Below, piece after piece: positions 33,956 to 44,943 of a stretch of 64,000 nucleotides of DNA. Origin of the DNA: Schizochytrium sp. TIO01 (Eukaryota > Protista > Bigyra: Labyrinthulomycetes). The stretch covers positions 4,690,862-4,754,861 of the forward strand of contig SMSO01000025.1 of NCBI GenBank assembly GCA_004764695.1. Reading direction: 5' to 3'. A model generated the notes under the pieces. That model had not been told where the DNA came from. It did no database searches and worked only from the letters and a program-made list of their open reading frames with translations. Both the position numbers and the translations under genes were made by a program. Numbering within the stretch: position 1 is the stretch's first letter; every line of letters begins with the position of its first letter.

Positions 33956-36900
33956 CCGGTCAATCCTTCTTTCACAACCTCGAAGGCGCCTCGAAGTGAC
34001 CTATATGCCGCGCTGATGGATTTATTCACAGCCGCTTTTTAAAAACAGCATTCAGAAACGCGTTCATTCGAGGAAATGAGATTTGTCAGAAAAAAGCAAA
34101 TGCACAGCATTTCTCCTGTCATTCTGTTGTGCAATCAGCGCCAAACGCTCCTTTACTAATGCTACTGTGCTGTGCTGTGCATGCCTTCTTCTTATTATTA
34201 TTACATACTCAATAACATGCATATATGTGTCTCTATTCTTCACAGCTCAAAAAGGCACCACAATTGGTGGACTTTAGGTGCCTAGTTTACACACTACACG
34301 AAACAACATGCGCCGCTGACAGCCTTTTCTGATCTAACGCTCAAGACCAAATTTGGATCGAGATTGCTGGCGGAGCGAGCTCTTTCTTGGCCATTTACAT
34401 TTTTTTAAAAAGAAAAGAAAAAAAGTCGATCTTCACTTTGGCCGTTCGTTTGTTCTTTCCTCTGTAATTCAGAAAGAAATGGAAATAGAAACGATCGTTG
34501 GTTCGCTTGCTGTTATTGCCCATATTTGGGGACGCAGTTCGTTCTCCTTGAACTCGCAAAAGACGTTTCGAAAGCAGGAGCATATGGACCTCTCTTTCAA
34601 AGAAAGGTTCGAGTTTCTTGTCATGAGAAAGAGGTCGATGGTACTCTTCTTCTTCTTCTTTTTCTTCTTTTTGTTGTACATGCACGCCGCCTAAGAAATA
34701 ATGAACCATGAGTCGAAGGCTGTAGAGTTAGTTAGTTAGCTGAAGGATGCCTTAAACAGACGAAAGCACTGAGAGAATCATGATAAGCATAGATGAGCGT
34801 AGGTAGCGCTAGGCAGGCACTCGGGTAGAATATTTCTTTCGTCAGCATCATCAGCAAACGAACGGAAATCAGAGTTTTTCACGAAACTAAGGTCTCCTTC
34901 ACTGCAATTCCTGCTTTCATAAACCCTCTTGATCCTCTGAAGAGCGCCCCATCGAATTCGGGAGTCTCTGTTTTGTTGTTGTTGTAGGCCCAACTGAGCT
35001 GACTTGAATGTGACCTCTTTTGCTACACTCACTTGAAACGAAGTTGTGGAAATACCTGTTCACTGCAAAAGCAGAGTTTTAAAAATTAAATTTAAAAAAA
35101 GGGGGAAAAGGCCATGGAAAGCTGAGAAACTCTTCTCTTAGCTTTTCCAGGGACAACTTATTCCTGAAAGTGTTTCTCCTTTCTCTTCTTCCTTCTTCAT
35201 GATACGAACCTATAAAAACATATTTAGTTTTTACTCTTTTCTTAGAGGCTAAAAAACAAAAGTATAATATTAAACCTTCAGACAGATCGCATTCGCTTTG
35301 ATTGACCGCTACGCTGCTAAAAGCAGCAAAACCTATTGCCAGAAGGACAGATACACCACTTCGTTTCGTGTTTATTGAGCAAACTCTGAGCTTGTTTCCA
35401 GCTGCAAGATGTTTCTCTGATAGCCTTCCTGATGCACCATCGATCGAGTTGAAGAATTCGCCCTTTTCAAGTTGAAAGAAAGCGAGCTCTGTTTTGTAAT
35501 GATTGCGGAAGCTTGCATACATACATGTATGCACGTACGTATGTATGTATGTGTGTATGTGTGTATGTATGTATGTACGAAGATACATCATCTTTAGAGT
35601 CTTTAGAACCTGCGTTTCTTTCTTTCGAGCGTTGAAGCTTTGGGATCTGAGCCATCGGAGGAACCTTCTTCTGGCTTTGGTCCCCTTTCGCTGCGACGGA
35701 CTCGAGTTTATATGGAACGCGGAGCTTCTTTCTCTTTTTCTTTCTTTCTTTCTTTCTTTCTTTTTCTTTGTTTGGTTTGTGTCTCTCTTTCTGTCGGCTG
35801 AGCTCATGCTTATGAGAAACCAGGCCAACTGACATGCACTGCTATTCAACGAGTTTTCGCATGATGAAAAAGCGATGGTAAGTAAGGATACAGCGCTTCG
35901 ATTGTGGAGGAAAGTCCAATCTTTGAAATCCCTTGATTGATTGATTGATTGAGGTTTTTTCCATTACTCTTTGTGTTCTTCTTTCTTTCTTCTTCTTTTA
36001 AAGTGTCAAAAAACAACACAATTATTTTGTAAGCGCTTTTAAAAATCGTGGCAAAACCAGAATCGATGTTTTTTTAAATGATTGAAACTACTTGAAACGA
36101 AATTGTACAAATGATGAAAAGTGAAGAAGAAGAAAGTTGAACGTGACGAGGTGTTGCCGTCAATAAAGTGAGGAGCTGCGACTCGAAGGGCTCAGCAAGA
36201 GAGGAAAAAGTCAAGGGCACGTCGCTTTTACGATTCGCATGATGATGAGACCTTGGCCTTTTCTATTCGACTCCAGCAATATGCTTGATTTTATTAACTT
36301 TCTAACTTTCTTTCAGGTTTTGCCGAGTTCCTGGTTTTCATCACTGTTGGTCTTCCTTCTTCTTTTACTCGACACACATGAGATGAGGCATCTTTTGGTC
36401 GATTTATACTTAAGTTCTAATTCTAATTTCCATTTGAAAAGGCTCGTTCTCTCAACCATGAAAGAAGTGGCGAATTTCTGCCTTCCGTCCAATAGCATAG
36501 AGGAGAAAAAGGACCAAACGATACTTGATCAACTTGCATTTTACCCCTCAGCTGAGCGTATGCTCTAAAGCAGGGCAACGAAAAGAAGGCGTCCTGAGCA
36601 GAAAGAAGAAGCTCTTTCTTCGTGAGGCGTGAGGACACACTCGCAAAGCTCTTTCTTGTGAGGAAGACTCAGTGCGGTCAAGAGATTGCGCTGGAAAGTC
36701 CCTCCCTTCGCAGCGATAATAAAAAGTAGAAAATAAGTTCTTTTCCATCATATTTTAGCTATTTAAATCAAAATTAATGAATAGTGACTCAATTCTGAAA
36801 ACAGTAACATCAAAAACGTTGTTCTTCTTTTAATTCGACATGTCAACAAAGGCAAGCAACCTCTTTGTTAGGAAGTTAATACTTATTTAAAAACAATTTT

Positions 36901-37559
36901 AAAATTTTAAAAAATAAAACAGAGACACTTTCCGTAAAAACTCTCAACTTTGAAACCAAAGTCGAAAATTTCAACAGCATTCGATCTAACGAGGCTTTTC
37001 TTAGCTGGCCTCGTCGCCTTTATTTGCACAAAGGCAGTTCCTTATTTTCTCGCAGACGATAGATTCTATGCGCTGCATAATAGATAGGCGTTGATGGTAT
37101 TTATTTACCAACCCCTTCTTTCATCGATTCCTTTCCTTTTCCTCAGAGCGCTGTTTCATCCTCATTTGGTGAACGAGAGTTCTTTCCCTCTCTTTGAGGG
37201 CAGATACTTCTTTCCCGTTTCCAATTTAGTGCTCAACACTTTTCTATTCCAATTCCAATTTTAACCTTTTAATCTCAATTTCAATTTCGAATAAACATAA
37301 TAAATAAAAACACTTTGTTTATTTTGAAATAATAATGATCATCATCATTGTAACAGTGTGAATCAATCAATCATCCATAATGGATATATGTGTGAATTAT
37401 TGTTGGAAGCGAACAAGAAAACAATAATAATTGCGAGAATGATGAATATTTTAGAGTGGGATTGAAAAGCAATGAAGAAAATGGAAAACAGAAACAAAAA
37501 GAGAAAGAAAAGAGGAAACGAAGGAAACAAAAAGAGAGCAATTCAAACTCGCAACCTCG

Positions 37560-37640
37560 TCACCGCCGCGACAGCGGGCGCGCGACCGGGCGCGAGGCCG
37601 GCCTCCGGCCTTCGCGGTGGCCGGCCGCAGCCGTGGAATT
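37560..37640 (+). promoter_or_regulatory. GC-rich candidate core promoter of the Zn2Cys6 gene
   Basis: A sharp GC island (CCGG/CGG-rich) follows an A-rich tract and precedes a pyrimidine-rich, ATG-free leader. Confidence 0.45.
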
Positions 37641-39029
37641 ATACGCTCTCAGATACACCGATCTCCCCCCTCTCACGCCAGGCTCGCAGGAGAACCTGCG
37701 CACCAGTGCTCCATCGCGCATCAGCGTGTTGCAAGGGATTCGCTTCTTTTTCTTCTTCTTTTTCTTCTGCTTCTTCTTCTTCTTCGCTTTTTCAAGAAGT
37801 TTTCGCTTTCTTTCACATCTGTTCTTCCGGCTACTCTTTCACGCGTCACGTTCTTCTTCGTCGTCGGGACCGTGGCAGAAGCAGACGAACTGGCCTGCCA
37901 GCTGAGCTGCAGGATACGGAATAGACCCTTGCCTCTTTGATCTTTTGTTTTTTGTGGTGGTTTTTGTCAGGTTCTGTGGTTTGGGCTCTCGCTTTCTCTC
38001 CTCTCTCTTTGCTTTTTGGTTTTCCTCGAGTTCTTCAAGTTGTCCTTCTTTACGGCATCCTCTGCATTGGTGCAAGAGACGCACACCAAGTAGGAGCGCA
38101 CAAGATCCTGCTTAGGCTCTCCTTTTACAGGTGAACGGACTTTCATTGGCCTCTTTATTTTGCTTTCCTACTCCTGGAAATTAAAAGCTTCTGTGCATTT
38201 TCTGGGTCCTTCTTTTCACTGCCTCTCGTGTTGTCTTTTATTTGGGCGGCCGAGTCCGTTTTGGAAACCCTTCCTTGCTCATTGGCTTCGCTCTGTATTT
38301 TGTTCCCTCGTTGTGTGTCTGTGTCACCTTTGTGTTTTGGGTTGCTAGGAGACTGAACTGGAAGGACATTCAGTTTTCTCTTAATCGAGAGGAGTTCTAG
38401 TCTCAGTTTGCTTGTGGCTGGGTCCTTCAAATTCCATCCTTTCTTCTCCTGTATACGTCTCGTTTTCTCACCTTAAAAGTTACCTTTGGTCATTTGACAG
38501 TTTTGGGTGCCCCACTTCGGCTTCATCCCGTGCGATAATCTCAACGTTCAAGAGAGATTATATAGGATTTGAATTTGTTTTCTTCAACTCTGTCTATCAG
38601 GAGTTTGTTCCTTTGTTGGGCGCGGATCACAGATATTTGACTTGAATTAACAAATTCATTTAGTCGTTGTGCATTTTTTAAAGAAGCTAGCTACCCTCGA
38701 CTCCTTAACATTTTGTCTTCTTCGTGCTCAAGAAGCTTCTGAAGTTGATTTCCTAACCGATAGGACAAAAGAGCACAAACACGAAAGTGTACCTTTTTCT
38801 CATCATCTCGTTTCCTCATATCTCTGCATTCACCCTTAATTGCTCGCTTCTATCATTCGCCCCCCCCCCCCCCCAAAAAAAAAAGACAATAGTACGGTCC
38901 CGTACGGCTGGTGCATTTATTTCACGACTTCAGAACGCGACGTAGAGAACAGGCGAGCACCACTTTTGAATCTCAGACAAAGCCCGCGCCGCCGGGTCAC
39001 TCAGGCGCGGCGGCGCGGAATTCCCAACC
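37640..39029 (+). promoter_or_regulatory. Long ATG-free candidate 5' UTR ending in an 11-bp GC hairpin
   Basis: No ATG on + from 37484 to 39029, versus about 20 on -. Inverted repeat at 38984-38994 / 39008-39018. Confidence 0.65.
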
Positions 39030-42020
39030 ATGGATCCGCCCTCGCAGCCTATGTCTTCTACCTCCTCCACTTCTGCCTCCTCTTCATCTGCGCCGCCTTC
39101 AATACCTGCGTCTTCAGCACCAAGGATAGGACCTGCAGTACCGCAATCACATCCTCAGAGTCAGCAGCTACACAAAGCTCCCTCGAACGTACCATCAGAA
39201 GCCCAAATCTCCTCCAGACCATTTTCATCATCTCCTGTAGCAGCAGCAGGTGCTACTGCGGTTTCAGGCAAACAACAAATTGCATCACCGTTGCCACAAC
39301 CTGCGTCCTCGTCGAAACCTGGGCAGCACAACATCACTTCAACTCTAGGCGTTGCTGCCGGAACAACGCAAAACCCTTCGGCTACTACCATCTCGGAAGC
39401 CTCCACTAGCTCGCGCCGCACAGGGAAGTCGGCGTCTGGCGGAAGCACATCCCCGAAAGATCCAGGCTCTGATTCTCAAATCCAATATCGGCACGTGCAA
39501 AGTGCTTGCATGGCATGTCGGAAGTCGAGAGTCAAATGTGACAGGATGCTGCCGTGTGCAAGGTGTAGAAGGTTAAATATTCCGTGTGAACCTCAACTTC
39601 GAACACGTGGTAGGCCTCCATCGTATCGGCATGATCCACCTTCAGCTAAAGCTTCTCCAGCAGCAGCTTCTACCTCGAGTGCTACTCCCAAGCCATCAAC
39701 ACAAGGATCTATGATGTCATCTTCATCTCCTCTGTCTCCGAACTCTCCTCCACCAGCGCTCGGGTCACCTCCAACAACAGCAAGCCCCACATTGAAATCT
39801 ATGGAACAACCTACAAAACGCAAGTCAAAGAAAAAGCAACCGCAGCTTGGTGCTGCAGCTTCGCCTTCTTTACGAGCGCCCTTTGTGCCCACTCCTGTAA
39901 TCACAAGTGGAATGCGAATGCCAAGTGCCCCTTCAATATCCCAGTCGAAAAGGCATCCGCGGCCATCACCACAATCACAACAACAACCAAATCAGCCAAC
40001 CAAGCCTCTTGTTTCAAAGTTTTCTCAAGAAACTATGCAACCTGGCTCGCCATCCACTTCTTCTGCAACGTCCGGTCCGCAGTCACCCCCAGGGTCAATT
40101 GCGTCAGGCTCGCATCCTGGACAGGTTCCTTCGCCTCTTGCAAATTTGCCTCGTTCCTTTCTTATGGGTCGGCCAGAGCTAGAATGGTTTCAGTCTTTAC
40201 AAAACATTCAGCAAAAGTTCATGCTATCAAATCCATCCCCACCGGGACAACAGCAACCACAGCAGCAACCTCCGCAAGCGTCCCCGATGGCCAACTCTCC
40301 ACTTGGTGGTCTTACCATCTCCACTTCGCCTACGTCACAGACAGGGATTTCGTTGCCCATGGTAAGCGGAAACACTTCTGTTGGATCACCTCAATATCCC
40401 GCGGGATTAGGATCCTCTTCTTCTTCTTCTTCTTCATCAGTGAATGTTCATCCTTTGCAAGGAAGACAATCACCAGTTTCTGAACCTCCACAACACGCAA
40501 AGAATCCTGCACCAGAGGAGAAGGACATGGACGCGCAACCAAAGGGCCTGGTTACAACTTCTGCAACATCAAGTTCTAGCCAAGCTGTCCCTTTCCGAAT
40601 TCCTAGCTCAGCCTCTTTGGGTTCTATGGGTTCTGCGCAATCCCCAATCGGGTCTGCTGGAGGCGGAAGTTCACCACATCACTCGTCTATGACTATTCCA
40701 TGGGTACCCTCAGTAGGCGGAACAAGTCACGGGGACTCTCCCACACTTGCAGCCGAACATCATCAATTGCACTGCTCTCCGGTTGAGGCAATGGCTGAAA
40801 CCTTTGTGGATCTTTTCCATCGTAACGAAATTAACACCAATGCCGCCATCCGCTTCGTAAAACTCTGCCTTTATCTCTTTCGTGCCAAGCCCACGGACCA
40901 ACTGCGAGATTTTGTGGAAAGAGCCGCCGGGGTCTTGCAAGCGAATCCCGTCGATATATATAACAAACAGAGCGAATCTCTAAATCAACCTTCGAAAGGA
41001 AATCAATCAAAACTCCCTGACGCATCAGCACGGGCAGAAGCGCTTTCGCAACGTTTCGGCTTTCGTGAGAAATGGGCAGTTGAAGGCGCCGCCTTTGCAG
41101 AGCTCTCGGTTGCTGAAGGAGTTCTAACGGCACGCTGTAACCCTCTCTGGAATCGTCTCTTTCCTAATAACGACGTCCTTGCGCGTCTAGGTCTCTTGGA
41201 TGCCATCGCCCTTCCGTTCCCTGAACGAGACGGCGCAACCCTGTTCCATGAGATCGCAGAGATTGTACTCACAAAGACGGATGATATCACAGTGGCTCGC
41301 AAAATTTTGAGCATGTATCTGGGAGGCACACCCCACAAACTCTCGGCACTTGTGGATATGCACTTCTGCATGAGCGAAGATGGGAGCATTGCGCAATGTA
41401 CATTGCGTGCACTTCCCCTTCCTGAGAGTCCTGCATTTAGTATGCAGCAAGGGTGTATTTTCAAGTCGCAATACTTTCTTCAAATGCTCCCAGTTCCTCC
41501 TTCAAAACAACCAACTCCTGCCAACCCTTTACCTTCCCCTCCCAAAACCTCCGAAGAACGCGACTCTACTGGTAAAAGGGGGAGTGACAGAGGTGCTTCA
41601 GGTTCAAGCAGGTCATCCAAAGCTCCTCGAAGCCAGCAACATCAACCTTACCACCAGCAGCAGCAGCAGTACGCTCCTGCACCAGGAGCCTCAAGCCTTT
41701 CAATAATGGACCTTCTCCGAATGAGTCCTCCCGGGCCGGAGTTGAATACCGGCTCTGACATGGGACCGTCTCAACAGCAGCTTCACCCAGACACCACTGG
41801 AACAAAGCGAGCCCGTGCCTCGTCCGGCGCATTACCAAGTGGTGGTGAGCTTGTCGGAGCTGGAGACCTTGGTCAGTACCCTGCCTGGGCCTCCGAGAAC
41901 CCTGTGAAACAGCAACAGCAACCGGAATCCCAACCTAAACGGCAGAAGCGCACAACTTCAGAATCTACCGGCACACAATCCGACAGACCTCTTCACAAAG
42001 GTAAGCTTTCATCTGTTTGA
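39030..42020 (+). CDS. Zn(II)2Cys6 (GAL4-type) zinc-cluster transcription factor with a putative C-terminal PAS-like domain
   Basis: 996-aa ORF with accATGG start context. CMACRKSRVKCDRMLPCARCRRLNIPC = C-x2-C-x6-C-x5-C-x2-C-x6-C (39507-39587), followed by basic RTRGRPP. S/P/Q-rich disordered tracts, an NLS-like KRKSKKK, and a globular region at ~40780-41500. Confidence 0.92.
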   Translation: MDPPSQPMSSTSSTSASSSSAPPSIPASSAPRIGPAVPQSHPQSQQLHKAPSNVPSEAQISSRPFSSSPVAAAGATAVSGKQQIASPLPQPASSSKPGQHNITSTLGVAAGTTQNPSATTISEASTSSRRTGKSASGGSTSPKDPGSDSQIQYRHVQSACMACRKSRVKCDRMLPCARCRRLNIPCEPQLRTRGRPPSYRHDPPSAKASPAAASTSSATPKPSTQGSMMSSSSPLSPNSPPPALGSPPTTASPTLKSMEQPTKRKSKKKQPQLGAAASPSLRAPFVPTPVITSGMRMPSAPSISQSKRHPRPSPQSQQQPNQPTKPLVSKFSQETMQPGSPSTSSATSGPQSPPGSIASGSHPGQVPSPLANLPRSFLMGRPELEWFQSLQNIQQKFMLSNPSPPGQQQPQQQPPQASPMANSPLGGLTISTSPTSQTGISLPMVSGNTSVGSPQYPAGLGSSSSSSSSSVNVHPLQGRQSPVSEPPQHAKNPAPEEKDMDAQPKGLVTTSATSSSSQAVPFRIPSSASLGSMGSAQSPIGSAGGGSSPHHSSMTIPWVPSVGGTSHGDSPTLAAEHHQLHCSPVEAMAETFVDLFHRNEINTNAAIRFVKLCLYLFRAKPTDQLRDFVERAAGVLQANPVDIYNKQSESLNQPSKGNQSKLPDASARAEALSQRFGFREKWAVEGAAFAELSVAEGVLTARCNPLWNRLFPNNDVLARLGLLDAIALPFPERDGATLFHEIAEIVLTKTDDITVARKILSMYLGGTPHKLSALVDMHFCMSEDGSIAQCTLRALPLPESPAFSMQQGCIFKSQYFLQMLPVPPSKQPTPANPLPSPPKTSEERDSTGKRGSDRGASGSSRSSKAPRSQQHQPYHQQQQQYAPAPGASSLSIMDLLRMSPPGPELNTGSDMGPSQQQLHPDTTGTKRARASSGALPSGGELVGAGDLGQYPAWASENPVKQQQQPESQPKRQKRTTSESTGTQSDRPLHKGKLSSV

Positions 42021-42862
42021 TTAGCAGCAGACAAACTTGTTCGCTATGAGTTACAGCTTTAGATCGGGCTTCCTTTCTACGTGCATTTGCATTTTTCTTC
42101 CGTTGTTGCCAAAGCTTGGTTTAAACGATGGTTTGGAAATTGCAATTTGCACGTTCCGATTCTCTTCAAGTGCTCATCTACCCGATCGTTTTTTGGTCCT
42201 GACTTCTGTAACACTCAATGTGTGGTTTGCTTGGTTGGTTTCTTGGTCTGCTGTTTGTTGTTTTTATTTTGTTTGACTGAATGATTGACTGAATGGATAA
42301 ATGGATAAATGAATCCGATGATTACGAATATGAAGTGATGATGATAATCTCACCTTCATGCTAGCCAAGAGCCAATTCTTGGCTTCCTATGCTATATGCT
42401 ATAACAACCGATTCCTCCAACCATTATACACTCTTAACTGAATTGAAATATTCATATCAACTACTTTCAAGTATTCTATTCTTCTTACTACTGGGTTCAT
42501 ACATTCTCCCATATTCTCCTTCACGAAAAGTATGTATCAAAAAGATGAAGATGTCAAGACAGACAAAGAATGACATCAAATTCGAAACAGTTACGATAAT
42601 AGAAATTTTCATTCAAATAATTTTTCCTATAAGATTGTAAATTAGATCTGTAAGTTGATATAGAGGTAAAGTAAGATCCAATCCCCGATTTATTTGGACA
42701 TTCTGAATCTGCACCAGGACTTTAAATTCATAATTTTAGTTAGCCCTTGTATACTAAAGCAATTGTTCTTGTTCCTTGGAAGGCATTATTCCTTTATAGG
42801 TATTTGTATTTCACTTATCTCAAACGATACATAGCGTTCAAATTGATACCAAAAATGAAACC

Positions 42863-44101
42863 TCAAAGCTTTTGCTGTTGCTGTTGCTGTTGCTGTTTAG
42901 ACCACCACGCCTTGAATGCCTGGAGTCCACAAGGCAAAAATTTCAAGGTATCCTCTTCAAGAATTTCTTCAGGGCTCATGAGTTTTACCTCTGAGACTTC
43001 TGATTCCTGAAGCTTCAATTCAGACACAGGAGTATCGAGACGGGCACAAAAGATGGTTCCCCAACTACGCTCCTTCGGATCCTCATACCAAAAGGTCGTG
43101 ACATGCTCGAATGACAAGTTCTCCAAACCCATCTCCTCTGCCATTTCACGCTGTGCATTGATGAGGTAGGACTCCCCCGCACCAATGACGCCACCTGGAG
43201 CAGGATCGAGAAGACCTGGTCCTGAATCTTTCTGATCTGAGCGACGCTGGACGTAGATCTTTCCGGAGCTGTTATTCACAAGAATGATATAGGTACAACG
43301 AGAAATCAGGTTAAACGTGCGCACAACAGCGCGCTTACTCGAGCTTACAACTTGGTCGTCCTCATTCACTACGTCAACCATCTCGAAAGCGGAGAGACGA
43401 GAGTAACGCGCATGCAGCTTTTGCAACTCCTGGTGGACCTTTGCTAGCAGTGCGTTCTGTTCGCCTTCGTTGGTAAATTCTACATGCGCAACAGCACGCC
43501 GCTCCTCGTTTGTAATTTGGGAATTGATTCGCTTGATGGCATCTTCCTCACTAAGATTGTTACGAGCCATAAGCCGCTGTTTAGCTACCTCCCGGTCAGC
43601 TGTGACAACCCAAAGTTCATCGATAAGATCCATCCACTTCGCCTCAATCAAGATGGCCGCCTCAATTACAATAAGTTTAGCCTCACCGTCATTGGCTTCT
43701 TTCGTGGTGATTTCAAACATCCGCTCACGAATGAGGTCACGGATCGCTGGCCAGACAATGGAATTGAGGGCTTGCATTTCCCTCGGATCTGCAAAGACAA
43801 GGCTTCCAAGAGTCTTACGATCCACAGTTCCATCGTCCTTGTTGATAATCCTGTCCCCAAAATGGTCTACAAGCTGTTGCATGCACCTGGTGCCGGGCTT
43901 GTATGCCTCATGGCCAAAAAGGTCTGCATTGAGGATAATGGCCTTGCCTTCATCCTCGAGCAATTTACAAACAGTAGATTTTCCCGAAGCAATGCCACCA
44001 GTCAGACCGATCACGACTGCATTCGGTGGTGTTCGAAACGACTTTGCCTCCGCTTCGTTCACGAGCGGAACCTTGATAGGACTTGACGGTCCGCCACCCA
44101 T
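42863..44101 (-). CDS. coaE: Dephospho-CoA kinase fused to a YfcD-like Nudix hydrolase (412 aa)
   Basis: N-terminal VIGLTGGIASGKST P-loop, plus DRKTLGSLVF, LNSIVWP, EAAILIEA and RLMARNNLSEEDAIKRINSQ (CoaE family). C-terminal perfect Nudix box G-VIGAG-E-SYLINAQ-RE-MA-EE-MGL (~43124-43192), preceded by EMVDVVNEDD...YVQRRSDQKD. Confidence 0.9.
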   Translation of the reverse strand: MGGGPSSPIKVPLVNEAEAKSFRTPPNAVVIGLTGGIASGKSTVCKLLEDEGKAIILNADLFGHEAYKPGTRCMQQLVDHFGDRIINKDDGTVDRKTLGSLVFADPREMQALNSIVWPAIRDLIRERMFEITTKEANDGEAKLIVIEAAILIEAKWMDLIDELWVVTADREVAKQRLMARNNLSEEDAIKRINSQITNEERRAVAHVEFTNEGEQNALLAKVHQELQKLHARYSRLSAFEMVDVVNEDDQVVSSSKRAVVRTFNLISRCTYIILVNNSSGKIYVQRRSDQKDSGPGLLDPAPGGVIGAGESYLINAQREMAEEMGLENLSFEHVTTFWYEDPKERSWGTIFCARLDTPVSELKLQESEVSEVKLMSPEEILEEDTLKFLPCGLQAFKAWWSKQQQQQQQQKL

Positions 44102-44459
44102 CGTAATATTTAATACCAACCAGGATAGGCTACAGTCAAGATGTCCAACACAATCTCTTCGCAGCCCTCTTCAAGCAAGGCCTTCTCCGCAGCGTAAACT
44201 TTGTCTTTATGGAGGTGATAGAACTTCCTCCTCCCAATCCTTCACTCCCTCAAACTCTCCCGCTCCCACGAAGAAGAAGAAGAAGAAGAAGAAGCTCTCA
44301 CCGCCCAAATTCCGATTCTGCATTACCTACTTTGGCCTCATCTCCTTCCTAGCGGCAGTCCTACCCTTTCCAGTAAGCCCTCCCTCCTAGAACCTCGTTA
44401 GCCTCTCTCACGCCGATCTTCTTCTTTTCCCAAATCATCCTTTCTATTCAGGTTACCCA

Positions 44460-44655
44460 TGTGGTCCCCGAGGTGTCCCCGCTCGGCAGTCCCCCCTGCA
44501 AGCACAGCAGTCCTCAGGTACACACACCACACCAGCAGACAAACAATATGCACACCTTTCCCTCCTCCACGTGTCCTCGGGTACACACGTTGCAATTGTG
44601 CAGTCCTCGGGGTGTCCTCGGGCGCACAACTGGTGGGTTGCGCAGTCCTCCAGGC
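44460..44655. repeat. Cluster of eight co-oriented GTCC(T/C)C motifs between the divergent DPCK-Nudix and PSMB3 genes
   Basis: Cores at 44464, 44475, 44489, 44510, 44573, 44603, 44614 and 44645, with shared flanks (GCAGTCCTC, GTGTCCTCGGG, GTACACAC). Confidence 0.6.
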
Positions 44656-44943
44656 GAATCCGAGCGAAGGAGAAGCGGTTGCTGAAGGCTGTTAATATGG
44701 GGAGGAATTGCATATGGATAATATGGAGGAGGATAATGAGGGTGGGAGAACAGAGAGAACAGAGAGAACAGCAAAGAGGATAAGGAGAGAATGCGTATAG
44801 GTATAATAGAGAGGTCAGAGAAGGTGAAAGAAGCGCGGCAAACTCCGTTCGAGGTCGCCTTCTCCGCCTTTGAGTTTGACGCCGTAGACTGCTTAGCGCC
44901 GCGCAGAGGTAGAAGTCCGTCTTCGGATAACGCATTAGGGACC

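Noticed and set aside
44110-44241. Short minus-strand frame (..YAAEKALLEEGCEEIVLDILTVAYPGWY*) just upstream of DPCK, faintly GNAT-like
   Set aside because: No start codon or convincing splice path joins it to the gene, and the similarity is too weak to support.
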